The position numbers were made by a program, and so were the translations under genes. The notes beneath the pieces were generated by a model that ran no database searches, was not told where the DNA came from, and worked only from the letters and a program-made list of their open reading frames with translations. DNA of 40,606 nt, from the NCBI GenBank assembly GCA_049967535.1, contig JBMFSN010000003.1, positions 1-40,606 of the forward strand. Reading direction: 5' to 3'. Within the stretch, counting starts at the first letter, position 1. Each line of letters begins with the position of its first letter. Source of the stretch: Minisyncoccia bacterium. Lineage in GTDB: Bacteria; Patescibacteriota; Minisyncoccia; UBA6257. Positions 28,193 to 37,286 of this stretch are shown in pieces.

Positions 28193-29227
28193 TTACTCTA
28201 ATTTAATCTCAACTTGTTTTATTATTCCTGATTGTTCTGATAAATCCTTATGCCAATAGGTTAATTTTATTATTTCTCCTCTCCGATGTTCTCTTAAAAT
28301 AGCATTTAAAAAATGAATTTTATCTATTTTTGTATTATTAATTTCTAGAATAATATCTCCTTCTTTTAAACCATATTTTTCTGCTATTCCTCCATTAATA
28401 ATTCCTTTTTGTCCTGGTAAAGTTTCGTAAATAATGAAAGCTCCATAATTAAACGGTAATTGATGCTCTTTTTGTAAATCTTCATCAATAGGCAAATATC
28501 TTATTCCTAAACTGGGTCGATAAATTTGTCCATATTTTTTAACATCTTGTAAAATAACTTTAGCTTGATTAATGGGAATAGTAAAACCTATATTTTCCAC
28601 TCCTAGGACAACAGCAGTATTAACTCCAATAACCTCGCCAGAAAGATCAATCAATGGTCCCCCAGAATTACCTGGATTGATGGCAGCATCAGTTTGAATT
28701 AATCCAAAAAATTCTCTGTTTTGTTCCTCTCCGTCGGTTTGAATATGACGAGATAGCCCCGAAATAATGCCCCGAGAAACTGTATTTTCAAATTCAGACA
28801 AAGCATTGCCTATGGCAATGACCGTTTGCCCTAATTTAACTTTAGAAGAATCACCTAATTTTAAAAAGGGAAACTTTTCTTTATGCTCACTCTGAATTTT
28901 TAAAATAGCCAGGTCAGTCATTTCGTCTCTGGCTAAAATTTGGCAGGGATAATGATGGTGTTGCCAAACAACTTCATAGGTCGCTTCTTCGTCTTCAACT
29001 ACATGACGATTAGTTAAAAGATAACCATCAGGAGAGACAAAAAAACCAGAGCAACTTCCCAGGCGGACTAAACCATTTTTATCTCGGGGTAATTGCTCAA
29101 AAATGGTTTTATCTACTTTTTGCCTTACTTGCTCCGGAGATTTAAACATCAAAATAGCCACCACCGTTGGAATAGCTTTCTCTACGGCTTTAATGGTCTG
29201 CTGATATTCGTTTGAAATGAAAAACAT
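28193..29227 (-). CDS. htrA: HtrA/DegP-family serine protease with one PDZ domain
   Basis: TNRHVV, DLAILK, IQTDAAINPGNSGGPL, C-terminal PDZ. Start moved to ATG 29227 because the track extension is tRNA-Leu. Confidence 0.92.
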   Translation of the reverse strand: MFFISNEYQQTIKAVEKAIPTVVAILMFKSPEQVRQKVDKTIFEQLPRDKNGLVRLGSCSGFFVSPDGYLLTNRHVVEDEEATYEVVWQHHHYPCQILARDEMTDLAILKIQSEHKEKFPFLKLGDSSKVKLGQTVIAIGNALSEFENTVSRGIISGLSRHIQTDGEEQNREFFGLIQTDAAINPGNSGGPLIDLSGEVIGVNTAVVLGVENIGFTIPINQAKVILQDVKKYGQIYRPSLGIRYLPIDEDLQKEHQLPFNYGAFIIYETLPGQKGIINGGIAEKYGLKEGDIILEINNTKIDKIHFLNAILREHRRGEIIKLTYWHKDLSEQSGIIKQVEIKLE

Positions 29228-29237
29228 AAATGTAAAT

Positions 29238-29324
29238 TGGTGCCCGGGAGAGGACTCGAACCTCCAAGGGATTGCTCCCATTGCCACCTCAAAGCAACGC
29301 GTGTACCAATTTCGCCACCCGGGC
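29238..29324 (-). tRNA. tRNA-Leu(GAG)
   Basis: GCCCGGG/CCCGGGC acceptor, TTGCT-TTGAGGT-GGCAA, long variable arm, encoded CCA. Confidence 0.95.
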
Positions 29325-29334
29325 CTCATAAAAA

Positions 29335-29730
29335 CTATTTTTCTTCTGGTGCTTCTTCTTTTGTTTCTTCTTTATCTTCCGAACCTAATAAAGCAGTTAA
29401 ATCTTTCTTTTTGGCAGCTGTTTTTAGTTTCTTCCTCACTTGCTTAGAAGATTTATTACGAAGATAATATAATTTAGATCTTCTTACTCGAGAAGATTTT
29501 ATTAATTCCACTCTTTGAATTAAGGGAGAAAAAATAGGTAAGATCCACTCTACCGCCACTCCATCAATAATTTTTCTTAAAGTAATAGTAGCTCCTGGTT
29601 CATTTCCATGTTTTCTACTCAAAACCAAACCTTCTATTTGTTGGCTTTTAGCTTTATCTCCTTCTTTGGTTTTTTGGAAAACCTTTACATACATTCCAGG
29701 TTTAATATCTTGAATATTAATATTATCCAT
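29335..29730 (-). CDS. rplS: 50S ribosomal protein L19
   Basis: KPG..VKV..K.KEG, TITLRKI..GV.VE..P..SP, VRRSKLYYLR. Start ATG 29730. Confidence 0.95.
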   Translation of the reverse strand: MDNINIQDIKPGMYVKVFQKTKEGDKAKSQQIEGLVLSRKHGNEPGATITLRKIIDGVAVEWILPIFSPLIQRVELIKSSRVRRSKLYYLRNKSSKQVRKKLKTAAKKKDLTALLGSEDKEETKEEAPEEK

Positions 29731-29773
29731 AATAAAAATAATTAGATTAGTATTAATTAATTTAACATAAAAA

Positions 29774-30718
29774 TTAATTTTTAGCAATTATTTTAAGAAC
29801 CTGTTCGAAGTCATAGGGCAGAGGAGCTTCAATTGAGAATTTTTGATTATTAGGAGCTATGAAAGTAAGTCTTTGTGCATGAAGCATTTGTCTAGGAATA
29901 AAAGATTCACCTTTTTGGGGTTTACCATATAGTTTATCGCCTGCTACCGGAAAACCAATGCTGGCTAAATGAATTCTGATTTGGTGTGTTCGGCCGGTTT
30001 GGGGACTAACAGCAAGCAGGGTAAATTTTTTATATCTTTTTTCTACTTGATAGGCAGTAAAGGCAGTCTTTGTTTTGGGTGTATTTTGCTCCTGAGAGAG
30101 AACGATTTTTCTTTTTCCTGAGCTAGTAGAGCGCATCAAACTAAAATTAATCTGTCCTTGATTTTTCTGTATTATTCCTTTTACTAAAACTAAATATTGC
30201 TTTTGAATTTTTTTAGTTAAAAATAAATTTTTAAAATATAAAAAAGTTTTTTGATTTTTAGTAAGAACTAGGACTCCGGAAGTATCTTTATCTAAACGAT
30301 GAACAATTCCTGGTCTTAAGGGATCTTCTCCGACTTTTTTTGCTTGGGGATACTTCAAAATAAACCATGAAGCAATAGAAGGTTCATTAATTTTATTGAA
30401 AGAAGGATGAGTCACTACTCCAGCTGGTTTATTAATCACCAAAAAATCTCCATCTTCATAGAGAATTTCTGGTTCGGGTATTAATTTCAGGGGGATTAGA
30501 GATAAAGAGTCGTTATTGCTTATTAAGATTGCTGTAATATAATCATTGGTTTTTAAAAGATAACTTGGTTTTTTCTTTAAACCGTTCACTAAAATATTGC
30601 TATTTTTAATGGCCTTAATTATGAATTCTCTTGAATAATTCTTAATCCGAGAAACTAAATATTTATCTAATCTTAAAGAAGATTCTTTAGAAGAAACCGT
30701 AAAATTAATATTACCCAT
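29774..30718 (-). CDS. rluD: RluA/RluD-family pseudouridine synthase with S4 domain
   Basis: RLDKYL, INKPAG, RPGIVHRLDKDTSG, TGRTHQIRIH, GDKLYG, LHA. Start ATG 30718; the track extension is tRNA-Val. Confidence 0.9.
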   Translation of the reverse strand: MGNINFTVSSKESSLRLDKYLVSRIKNYSREFIIKAIKNSNILVNGLKKKPSYLLKTNDYITAILISNNDSLSLIPLKLIPEPEILYEDGDFLVINKPAGVVTHPSFNKINEPSIASWFILKYPQAKKVGEDPLRPGIVHRLDKDTSGVLVLTKNQKTFLYFKNLFLTKKIQKQYLVLVKGIIQKNQGQINFSLMRSTSSGKRKIVLSQEQNTPKTKTAFTAYQVEKRYKKFTLLAVSPQTGRTHQIRIHLASIGFPVAGDKLYGKPQKGESFIPRQMLHAQRLTFIAPNNQKFSIEAPLPYDFEQVLKIIAKN

Positions 30719-30726
30719 AAAATTAG

Positions 30727-30799
30727 TGCGCACGACAGGACTTGAACCTGTGACCTTCCGCACGTCAAGCGGACGCTCTGCCAACTGAGCTACGCGCGC
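30727..30799 (-). tRNA. tRNA-Val(GAC)
   Basis: GCGCGCG/CGTGCGC acceptor, TCCGC-TTGACGT-GCGGA. Confidence 0.95.
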
Positions 30800-30803
30800 T
30801 TTT

Positions 30804-30878
30804 TGGTGGGCGCGGAAGGAATCGAACCTTCTACCTACTGTTTATAAGACAGTCGTTCCGCCAATGAACTACGCGCCC
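30804..30878 (-). tRNA. tRNA-Ile(TAT), rare UAU anticodon
   Basis: GGGCGCG/CGCGCCC acceptor, A73, anticodon arm ACTGT-CTTATAA-ACAGT, encoded CCA. Confidence 0.92.
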
Positions 30879-30885
30879 ATCTTTT

Positions 30886-32700
30886 TTATTCTTTTATTAG
30901 CTCCTCAACCTCTTTTCTTTCTAAAGTTTCTTTTTCTATCAAAGCCTCAGCTAATTTGTCTAGTTGTTTTCTATGTTTTTCTAATAAAGTCTTAGCTTGC
31001 TTATAGCAAGTCTTAATAATATTATTAATCTCTTGATCAATTAAAGTAGCAGTTTCTTCAGAATAATCTTTTTCTGTAGAAATTTCCTTGCCTAAAAAAA
31101 CCATTTCCTCTGTTTTCCCAAAACTTCTAGGTCCTAATTTTTCACTCATCCCATATTTAGTAACTAAGGCCCGACTTAAATCAGTAGCTGCTTCTAAATC
31201 ATTGCTTGCCCCAGTAGATACATCATGAAAAACTAACTGTTCTGCTATATAACCAGCTAAAAGAGAAGCGATATCAGCGAGAAATTCGGAGTGGGTTTTC
31301 AGGTATCTTTCTTCTGTAGGCATTTTCATAGTATAACCAGCTGCTTGACCTCGAGAAATAATAGATACTTTTTTAAGTTCACTTGCTCCAGGTAAAAAAA
31401 GAGAAACTAAAGCATGGCCCGCCTCGTGATAGGCAGTAATTTTCTTTTCTTTATCACTAAAAACTCGGCTTTTTCTTTCTGGCCCAAGCATTACTTTTTC
31501 AATAGAAACAATTAAATCTTTTTGAGTAATAAATTTTTCATTATCACGAGCAGCTAAAATAGCTGCTTCATTTACTAAATTCGCCAAGTCTGCTCCCGAA
31601 AACCCAGGAGTTCTTTCAGCAATATCTCTTAAATTAATATCAGGAGATAATTTTTTATCGTGAGTATGAATTTTTAAAATATCTTCTCTTCCATTAATAT
31701 CTGGCAAATCTAATATCACTCGCCGGTCAAATCTTCCTGGACGTAGTAAGGCAGAATCTAAAATATCTGGCCGATTGGTGGCCGCCATCACAATCACCCT
31801 AGTTTCACGATCAAAACCATCCATCTCCACTAAAATTTGATTCAAAGTTTGTTCTCTTTCATCCTGGCCTCCTCCAATACCCGCTCCTCTTTCTCGGCCA
31901 ATAGCATCTATTTCATCAATAAAAAGAATGGCTGGAGCAGCTTTTTTTACTGTATTAAAAGCATCTCTTACTCGTCCAGCGCCTACCCCCACAAACATCT
32001 CCACAAACTCCGAGCCAGAAATATGGAAAAAGGGAACATTAGCTTCACCTGCTACCGCTCGGGCTAAAAGAGTTTTACCAGAGCCAGGAGCACCCATTAA
32101 AAGAACTCCTCTTGGAATGGTTGCTCCTAAATCTTGAAATTTTTTAGGATTTTTCAAAAACTCTACGATTTCTTGCAATTCTTCTTTTGCTTCTTTCAAT
32201 CCGGCAACATCTTTAAAGGTAATTTTATCTTTATCAGAAGAAAATAATTTAATATTGGAACGAGAAAAAGAAAAAATTTGCATAGCGTTTTGGCTAGTTC
32301 GGCGAAAAGAATAATAAAATAAAATTATTAAAAGGGCTAAGGGCAAAATGATAGGTAATAAAACCCCCATCCAGTACGACCAACCGCTTTGTTCTTGAAC
32401 TTCAATATTTAAAGCGTTGATATCTTCTTGAGATACACCAAAATCTTTCAAAATTTCACCAAAAGACGCACTACTCTCTTTATTAGCAATAAATATTTGC
32501 TGATTAGAACCAATTAATTCTAAAGTATCAGGTTGAACAACGACCTTATTTACTTTTTTATCTTGAATCATTTGAATAGCTTGAGATAAGCTAATCTGTT
32601 GTTTAGTAGCGAATTCTTTTCCTATTCCGGAAAAAATAAAAGCCAAGGCAAGAAAAGTAAGGAAAACAAAGAATAATTGTTGCCAAATTTTATTTTTCAT
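30886..32700 (-). CDS. ftsH: ATP-dependent zinc metalloprotease FtsH
   Basis: Two TMs, [37 protein letters not shown]. Confidence 0.98.
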   Translation of the reverse strand: MKNKIWQQLFFVFLTFLALAFIFSGIGKEFATKQQISLSQAIQMIQDKKVNKVVVQPDTLELIGSNQQIFIANKESSASFGEILKDFGVSQEDINALNIEVQEQSGWSYWMGVLLPIILPLALLIILFYYSFRRTSQNAMQIFSFSRSNIKLFSSDKDKITFKDVAGLKEAKEELQEIVEFLKNPKKFQDLGATIPRGVLLMGAPGSGKTLLARAVAGEANVPFFHISGSEFVEMFVGVGAGRVRDAFNTVKKAAPAILFIDEIDAIGRERGAGIGGGQDEREQTLNQILVEMDGFDRETRVIVMAATNRPDILDSALLRPGRFDRRVILDLPDINGREDILKIHTHDKKLSPDINLRDIAERTPGFSGADLANLVNEAAILAARDNEKFITQKDLIVSIEKVMLGPERKSRVFSDKEKKITAYHEAGHALVSLFLPGASELKKVSIISRGQAAGYTMKMPTEERYLKTHSEFLADIASLLAGYIAEQLVFHDVSTGASNDLEAATDLSRALVTKYGMSEKLGPRSFGKTEEMVFLGKEISTEKDYSEETATLIDQEINNIIKTCYKQAKTLLEKHRKQLDKLAEALIEKETLERKEVEELIKE

Positions 32701-32709
32701 AGTGCTGTC

Positions 32710-32738
32710 ATTTTATAACAAAAAAAAGAAAAATGCAA
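32710..32738 (-). promoter_or_regulatory. Sigma70 promoter for ftsH, near-leaderless
   Basis: TTGCAT-N17-TAAAAT, 9 nt before ATG. Confidence 0.6.
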
Positions 32739-32826
32739 TCAATCAAGGTAATCCTCTAAGGCATATTAAAAGAGAGGAGTGTAAACGATTCCTCCCTCAT
32801 AAGCAAAAAAGTAAAGGTAAATCTTT

Positions 32827-34035
32827 TTAGGGGTAAATTAATTCCGTCGCTCCTTGAAGATGACTAATGGCGCTATTTACTGATTCCAAAGAAGAGCTAA
32901 TAATTAAATAGTTATTGAAAAATCCATAAGTAATTGCTGCTTCTTTGCCGCTATAGGCAAAATAGCGAACCGTGGCTCCGGGAGTAGTAGCCTCTTTAAA
33001 TGACCTAGCAGCCGTCTTAGGAACTTTAATCAACCAAAAATTACTTAAATTAGATAAAATCTTTCCTTTTTCCCAATTAGCAAAAGCAGCTTGAACATCA
33101 GTAACATTTTCTTGTCCAATATCAATAACCAAACCCAGAGAAGGATTAACTTCTCCATAATAAGTATAAAGTAAATATTTGCGTCCTAAAAGGTAAGGCT
33201 TGAGATTGTCAGGCAAAGTAGGAATTAAAGAATTTATTATTTCATCTCCGGAAAGAAGATAGTCATGATATTTAAGCATTAAAATAGAAAATGTTTGAGC
33301 TGGTTGCATACTACTCGTAGCCGTATTCTTAATAACTGATAAAACTAAAGAGCCACTTAAAGTAATGTTAACCGGAGTTTTCTGATAAGGACCACTTACT
33401 TGCGGATAAGGACTGGGGGGTAAAGTTGTATTAGTGGTAATTGGGGCAACAACTGCTGAGAGGGTTGTTGTGGTAGTTGAAACAGGATTTTTTTTCGCTC
33501 CAAACAATTTTGGCCATAAGAAAAGATACCCAAAAACAGCGCCTAAAATTATAATACCAACAATAATCAAAAGAGGAATAATCTTATTATTTTTTTTAGA
33601 GCTAGGAGGTTGAGTGAAGTTAGTAAAATCAGACATCACATTGGGGTTAACAATTGGTTCATTAAAACTAGGGTTAGAAGGAATAGGATTAACCGGGGAA
33701 GCAGGTTGTTCCAGAGGCGAAGAGGGAGAAAAAACTGGTTGATTAGAAGGTGGCCAATTAGAAGCCGCCCCGCCAGCATCTTTCATTTTTTCTAAATCAG
33801 AATCAGATGTTCTAATAAAAACATTTGGAGAAGGAGGTGCAAACTTTTGTTCTTCTTGGTGAGATAAACTTGGTTCTGGTGCTATAGGGTTAGGATTAAG
33901 GGGATTGCCAAAGGTTGGAGTATTATAAGTACCTGCTCCTGGTATAGAATTTTGTTGTGCGCTAGGATCAAAATAAGAACCTGCTCCTGGGACAGAACCT
34001 TTTTTCTCGTTTGGCTCGAAATAATTTTCTGGCAT
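32827..34035 (-). CDS. Hypothetical bitopic membrane protein with Pro-rich N-terminus
   Basis: Pro/Ser/Asn-rich N-terminal region, single TM (IIPLLIIVGIIILGAVFGYLFLW), Thr-rich linker, globular C-terminal domain. Confidence 0.75.
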   Translation of the reverse strand: MPENYFEPNEKKGSVPGAGSYFDPSAQQNSIPGAGTYNTPTFGNPLNPNPIAPEPSLSHQEEQKFAPPSPNVFIRTSDSDLEKMKDAGGAASNWPPSNQPVFSPSSPLEQPASPVNPIPSNPSFNEPIVNPNVMSDFTNFTQPPSSKKNNKIIPLLIIVGIIILGAVFGYLFLWPKLFGAKKNPVSTTTTTLSAVVAPITTNTTLPPSPYPQVSGPYQKTPVNITLSGSLVLSVIKNTATSSMQPAQTFSILMLKYHDYLLSGDEIINSLIPTLPDNLKPYLLGRKYLLYTYYGEVNPSLGLVIDIGQENVTDVQAAFANWEKGKILSNLSNFWLIKVPKTAARSFKEATTPGATVRYFAYSGKEAAITYGFFNNYLIISSSLESVNSAISHLQGATELIYP

Positions 34036-34105
34036 ATTTTAAAATATTAATTTTTAATTTTTTAAGCTTTGAGAGTGGAGAGATATATATCTCTGAGCTC
34101 ATTTC

Positions 34106-34130
34106 ATTATACCAAAAAAACTTCTGTCAA
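34106..34130 (-). promoter_or_regulatory. Promoter-like element TTGACA-N13-TATAAT (extended -10)
   Basis: Minus strand CTTGACAGAAGTTTTTTTGGTATAAT. Confidence 0.55.
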
Positions 34131-34153
34131 GAAAGTCCTTTCTGTTTTTATTT

Positions 34154-36256
34154 TTAAGAACGAGGAGAGCCAACGTCTTTTAAGGTGAGAGAAATTTTAC
34201 CAGTGGGATCAATTTTTTTCACTTTGACTTTGATCTCTTGTCCTAAATGTACAATATCTTCTACTTTATTTACTCGATAAGGTGCTAATTCTGAAATATG
34301 AAGCAAGCCATCTTTATGATGTCCTAAATCAACAAAAGCTCCAAAATCTTTTATTTGGACTACTTTACCGGTAATAATGTCTCCTTCTTCAATATCTCGT
34401 ACAATATCTTGAATTTCTTGAAGGGCTAAATTAGCTTTTGCTTCGTCTTCTGCTGTAACAAAAACAGTCCCGTCCTCTTCTATATCTATATTGGCCCCGG
34501 TAGCTTGAGTAATAGCTTGAATAACTTTACCCCCTGGACCAATTAATTCCCCAATTTTTGAAGGATTTATTTGCAAAGTGTAAATTCTTGGAGCTAAAGG
34601 TGATAATTCTTTTCTGGGAGCACTAATAACAGAATTCATTTTTTCTAAAATAAATAGCCTGGCGGTTTTTGCTTTCCCTAAAGCTTCTGATAAGAGCTGA
34701 GGGTTAACGCCTTCAATTTTTAAATCCATTTGTAAAGCAGTAATTCCATTTTTTGTACCAGCTACTTTAAAGTCCATATCACCATAATGATCTTCTGGTC
34801 CTTGAATATCGGTTAAAATTTTATACTGGCCTTGCTGATCACTCATTAACCCCATAGCAATACCTGCTACCTGTTCTTTCATGGGAACACCAGCAGCCAT
34901 TAAAGCCATAGAAGAAGCGCAAGTAGCCGCCATTGAAGTAGAACCATTAGAAGAAGTAATTTCCGAGACTACTCGAATGGTATAAGGAAATTCATCTTTA
35001 TTGGGGACCATCGCTAGGAGAGCTCTCTCTCCTAATGCCCCATGACCAATTTCTCTCCTTCCTGGCCCTCTTAAGGGGGCTACTTCACCAGAAGAATAGC
35101 CAGGGAAATTATAATGATGCATAAATCTTTTTTCTCCTGTAAATTCCATTCCCTCTAATGTCAAAACATCTGCCGGAGAGCCTAAAGTAACAATGGAAAG
35201 AGCATGAGTGATTCCTCTCATGAAAATAGCAGAACCATGAGTACGAGGTAATATATCAATAGCCGCATCCAAGGGTCTAATCTCATCTAATTTTCTTCCA
35301 TCAGGCCTTATCTCTTTCTCTAAAACATTCTGATGAACTAATTTATCAATTTCTTCATTAAAAAGATACTCCACATCTTTTAATTGTTCAGAGGAATATT
35401 CCTTTTCTTCTAAATATTTAATTAAACTTTCTTTTAAATCATTGAGCTCTCTCTCTTTTTCTCTTTTATCCTGAGAGTAAACTATTGGTTCTAATTTATC
35501 TAATAAATAATTATGAATTTCTGATATAAAATTTGGTTCAATAGCTTTTGAAGAAATTGTCACTTTAGGTTTGCCTATCTCTGCAATAATTTTTTTCTGT
35601 TGTTCATTTAAAGAGGCAATGGCTTTCTGGGCAATTACAAAAGCTTGACTAACAATATCTTCGCTTACTTCTTGAGCACCTGCCTCGATCATATTAATTT
35701 CGTCCTTAGGGCCAGAAACTACCATATCTAATTTTAAATCTTTTCTTTCTTCATAGGTAGGATTAATTAAAAATCCAGAATTTTCTGACCAACCAATACG
35801 CACGGCTGAAACTGGACCAGAAAAAGGAATATCAGAAACGCCCAAGGCAACAGAGGCAGAAATAATGGCTAAAATATCTGGGTCATTTTTATCATCAATA
35901 GACAAACAAGTAGAAACCACTTGAACGTCTCTTCTTGTTAAAGGCGAAAATAGAGGCCTAATAGTTCGATCGATTAATCTTGCCAGTAAAATTGCGATTT
36001 CACTTGGTCTTGATTCTCGACGTAAAAATCGACTGCCGTAAATTTTGCCAGCTGCATAATATTTTTCTTCATAATCTACTAAAAGAGGAAAGAAATCTAA
36101 ATCGTTTCTTTCTCTATTGCCCATCACTGTATTAGTAAAAATTACTGTTTCTCCCATTTTAGCCATTACTGAGCCATTGGCTAATTCTGCTAAATTAGAA
36201 AAATCTAATTCAATAGTTTTGTTATCTACTGATAACTGGTATGTCTTTTTTTCCAT
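34154..36256 (-). CDS. pnp: Polyribonucleotide nucleotidyltransferase (PNPase)
   Basis: DFFPL.VDYEEK, RLIDRTIRPLF, RREIGHG, SNGSTSMA, GDMDFKVAGT, KH and S1 domains. Confidence 0.98.
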   Translation of the reverse strand: MEKKTYQLSVDNKTIELDFSNLAELANGSVMAKMGETVIFTNTVMGNRERNDLDFFPLLVDYEEKYYAAGKIYGSRFLRRESRPSEIAILLARLIDRTIRPLFSPLTRRDVQVVSTCLSIDDKNDPDILAIISASVALGVSDIPFSGPVSAVRIGWSENSGFLINPTYEERKDLKLDMVVSGPKDEINMIEAGAQEVSEDIVSQAFVIAQKAIASLNEQQKKIIAEIGKPKVTISSKAIEPNFISEIHNYLLDKLEPIVYSQDKREKERELNDLKESLIKYLEEKEYSSEQLKDVEYLFNEEIDKLVHQNVLEKEIRPDGRKLDEIRPLDAAIDILPRTHGSAIFMRGITHALSIVTLGSPADVLTLEGMEFTGEKRFMHHYNFPGYSSGEVAPLRGPGRREIGHGALGERALLAMVPNKDEFPYTIRVVSEITSSNGSTSMAATCASSMALMAAGVPMKEQVAGIAMGLMSDQQGQYKILTDIQGPEDHYGDMDFKVAGTKNGITALQMDLKIEGVNPQLLSEALGKAKTARLFILEKMNSVISAPRKELSPLAPRIYTLQINPSKIGELIGPGGKVIQAITQATGANIDIEEDGTVFVTAEDEAKANLALQEIQDIVRDIEEGDIITGKVVQIKDFGAFVDLGHHKDGLLHISELAPYRVNKVEDIVHLGQEIKVKVKKIDPTGKISLTLKDVGSPRS

Positions 36257-36270
36257 ATTTTCTTTTATCG

Positions 36271-36825
36271 TTAAATTTTAAATTTTATAATCTTAGGGAT
36301 CCTGCTGGTTACTCCTTTTTCTGATGTTTTAAATAAGAAAAAATCAGGTTTGGAATCTAAGTCAATAAATTCGCTGGCTATTTCTTTTAAAGTGCCAGAG
36401 GTTGTTCTTCCGAAACCCATTATCTCCACTTGGTTGCCCAAAGCTTTTAAATACTCTACTAAAGGAATAAAATCGCCATCTCCGCTAATAATAACAATAG
36501 CATCAGCCTTAGAGCTTAAACGCATGGCATCAACTGCCAAACCTACATCCCAATCTCCTTTTTTAGTTCCGTCAGGATAAACTTGTAAATCTTTTACTCT
36601 TGTTTCAATCCCCGCTTTTTCTAAAGCATCAAAAAAAGAAGCCTCCCCGGGCTCATCAGATTTTGCTACATAACCAATAGCTCTAATAAGGTTCCTTCCA
36701 CTAATAGCTTCTAATAAAAGGTTTTTAAAATTTACTCGAGCTCCATACAAATTTTTAGCTGAATGATATAAGTTTTGAACATCAATCAAAACAATAATTC
36801 TTTGATTTTTATTTCTAATAACCAT
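36271..36825 (-). CDS. NYN-domain (LabA/DUF88, PIN-like) protein
   Basis: IDVQNLY, KGDWDVGLAVD, SGDGDFIPL..L...G..V. Confidence 0.92.
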   Translation of the reverse strand: MVIRNKNQRIIVLIDVQNLYHSAKNLYGARVNFKNLLLEAISGRNLIRAIGYVAKSDEPGEASFFDALEKAGIETRVKDLQVYPDGTKKGDWDVGLAVDAMRLSSKADAIVIISGDGDFIPLVEYLKALGNQVEIMGFGRTTSGTLKEIASEFIDLDSKPDFFLFKTSEKGVTSRIPKIIKFKI

Positions 36826-36826
36826 A

Positions 36827-37087
36827 TTACAAACCTAATTTTTTCTCTATTTTATGATAGCGAGTAAGAGATTCTTCTTTTAAATAAGCTAGCAATCTTC
36901 TTCTTTTAGACACCATACCCAAAAGCCCTCGACGAGAATGAAAATCTTTAGGATTCTTTTTTAAATGTTTTACTAATTCTTCAATTTCTTTGGTTAAAAG
37001 AGCAATCTGAACTTCAGGTGAGCCAGTATCAGCTTTATGAGTAGAAAAAGTTTTGATAATTTTTTCTTTGACTGTTGATTTAAGCAT
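36827..37087 (-). CDS. rpsO: 30S ribosomal protein S15
   Basis: [33 protein letters not shown]. Confidence 0.98.
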   Translation of the reverse strand: MLKSTVKEKIIKTFSTHKADTGSPEVQIALLTKEIEELVKHLKKNPKDFHSRRGLLGMVSKRRRLLAYLKEESLTRYHKIEKKLGL

Positions 37088-37106
37088 ATAATTTTCTTAT
37101 AGGTTA

Positions 37107-37135
37107 AGTTTATCACAAATTAATAGTTTGTGCAA
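37107..37135 (-). promoter_or_regulatory. Sigma70 promoter for rpsO-NYN-pnp
   Basis: TTGCAC-N17-TAAACT with extended TG. Confidence 0.65.
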
Positions 37136-37156
37136 ATGAATAAATTTCGTTCGTTG

Positions 37157-37245
37157 CGGAGGGTGTGGGATTCGAACCCACGGACCGCTTTTTAGACGGT
37201 CACGGTTTAGCAAACCGCTGCTTTGGACCACTCAGCCAACCCTCC
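37157..37245 (-). tRNA. tRNA-Ser(GCT)
   Basis: GGAGGGT/ACCCTCC acceptor, GCGGT-TTGCTAA-ACCGT, long variable arm, G73. Confidence 0.96.
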
Positions 37246-37257
37246 TAAGATTAAAAC

Positions 37258-37286
37258 AGTTTAACTAAAAAAGAATAAAATTGCAA
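37258..37286 (-). promoter_or_regulatory. Sigma70 promoter for tRNA-Ser(GCT)
   Basis: TTGCAA-N17-TAAACT. Confidence 0.6.

Noticed and set aside
25984-30784. N-terminal extensions of recG, htrA and rluD, and ORFs 29217..29447 and 29237..29467
   Set aside because: They run through tRNA-Arg, tRNA-Leu and tRNA-Val; downstream ATGs fit the protein families better.
32772-32798. Imperfect hairpin GAGAGGAGT...ATTCCTCCCTC between the Pro-rich gene and ftsH
   Set aside because: Imperfect stem with no clear U-tract; cannot be distinguished from a weak terminator or chance.
1495-36580. Short antisense or alternate-frame ORFs (1495, 4554, 5786, 6806, 8516, 9083, 15417, 20202, 24350, 24376, 26131, 31837, 31928, 33610, 36350)
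   Set aside because: They lie within or opposite well-supported genes and show no recognisable motifs.
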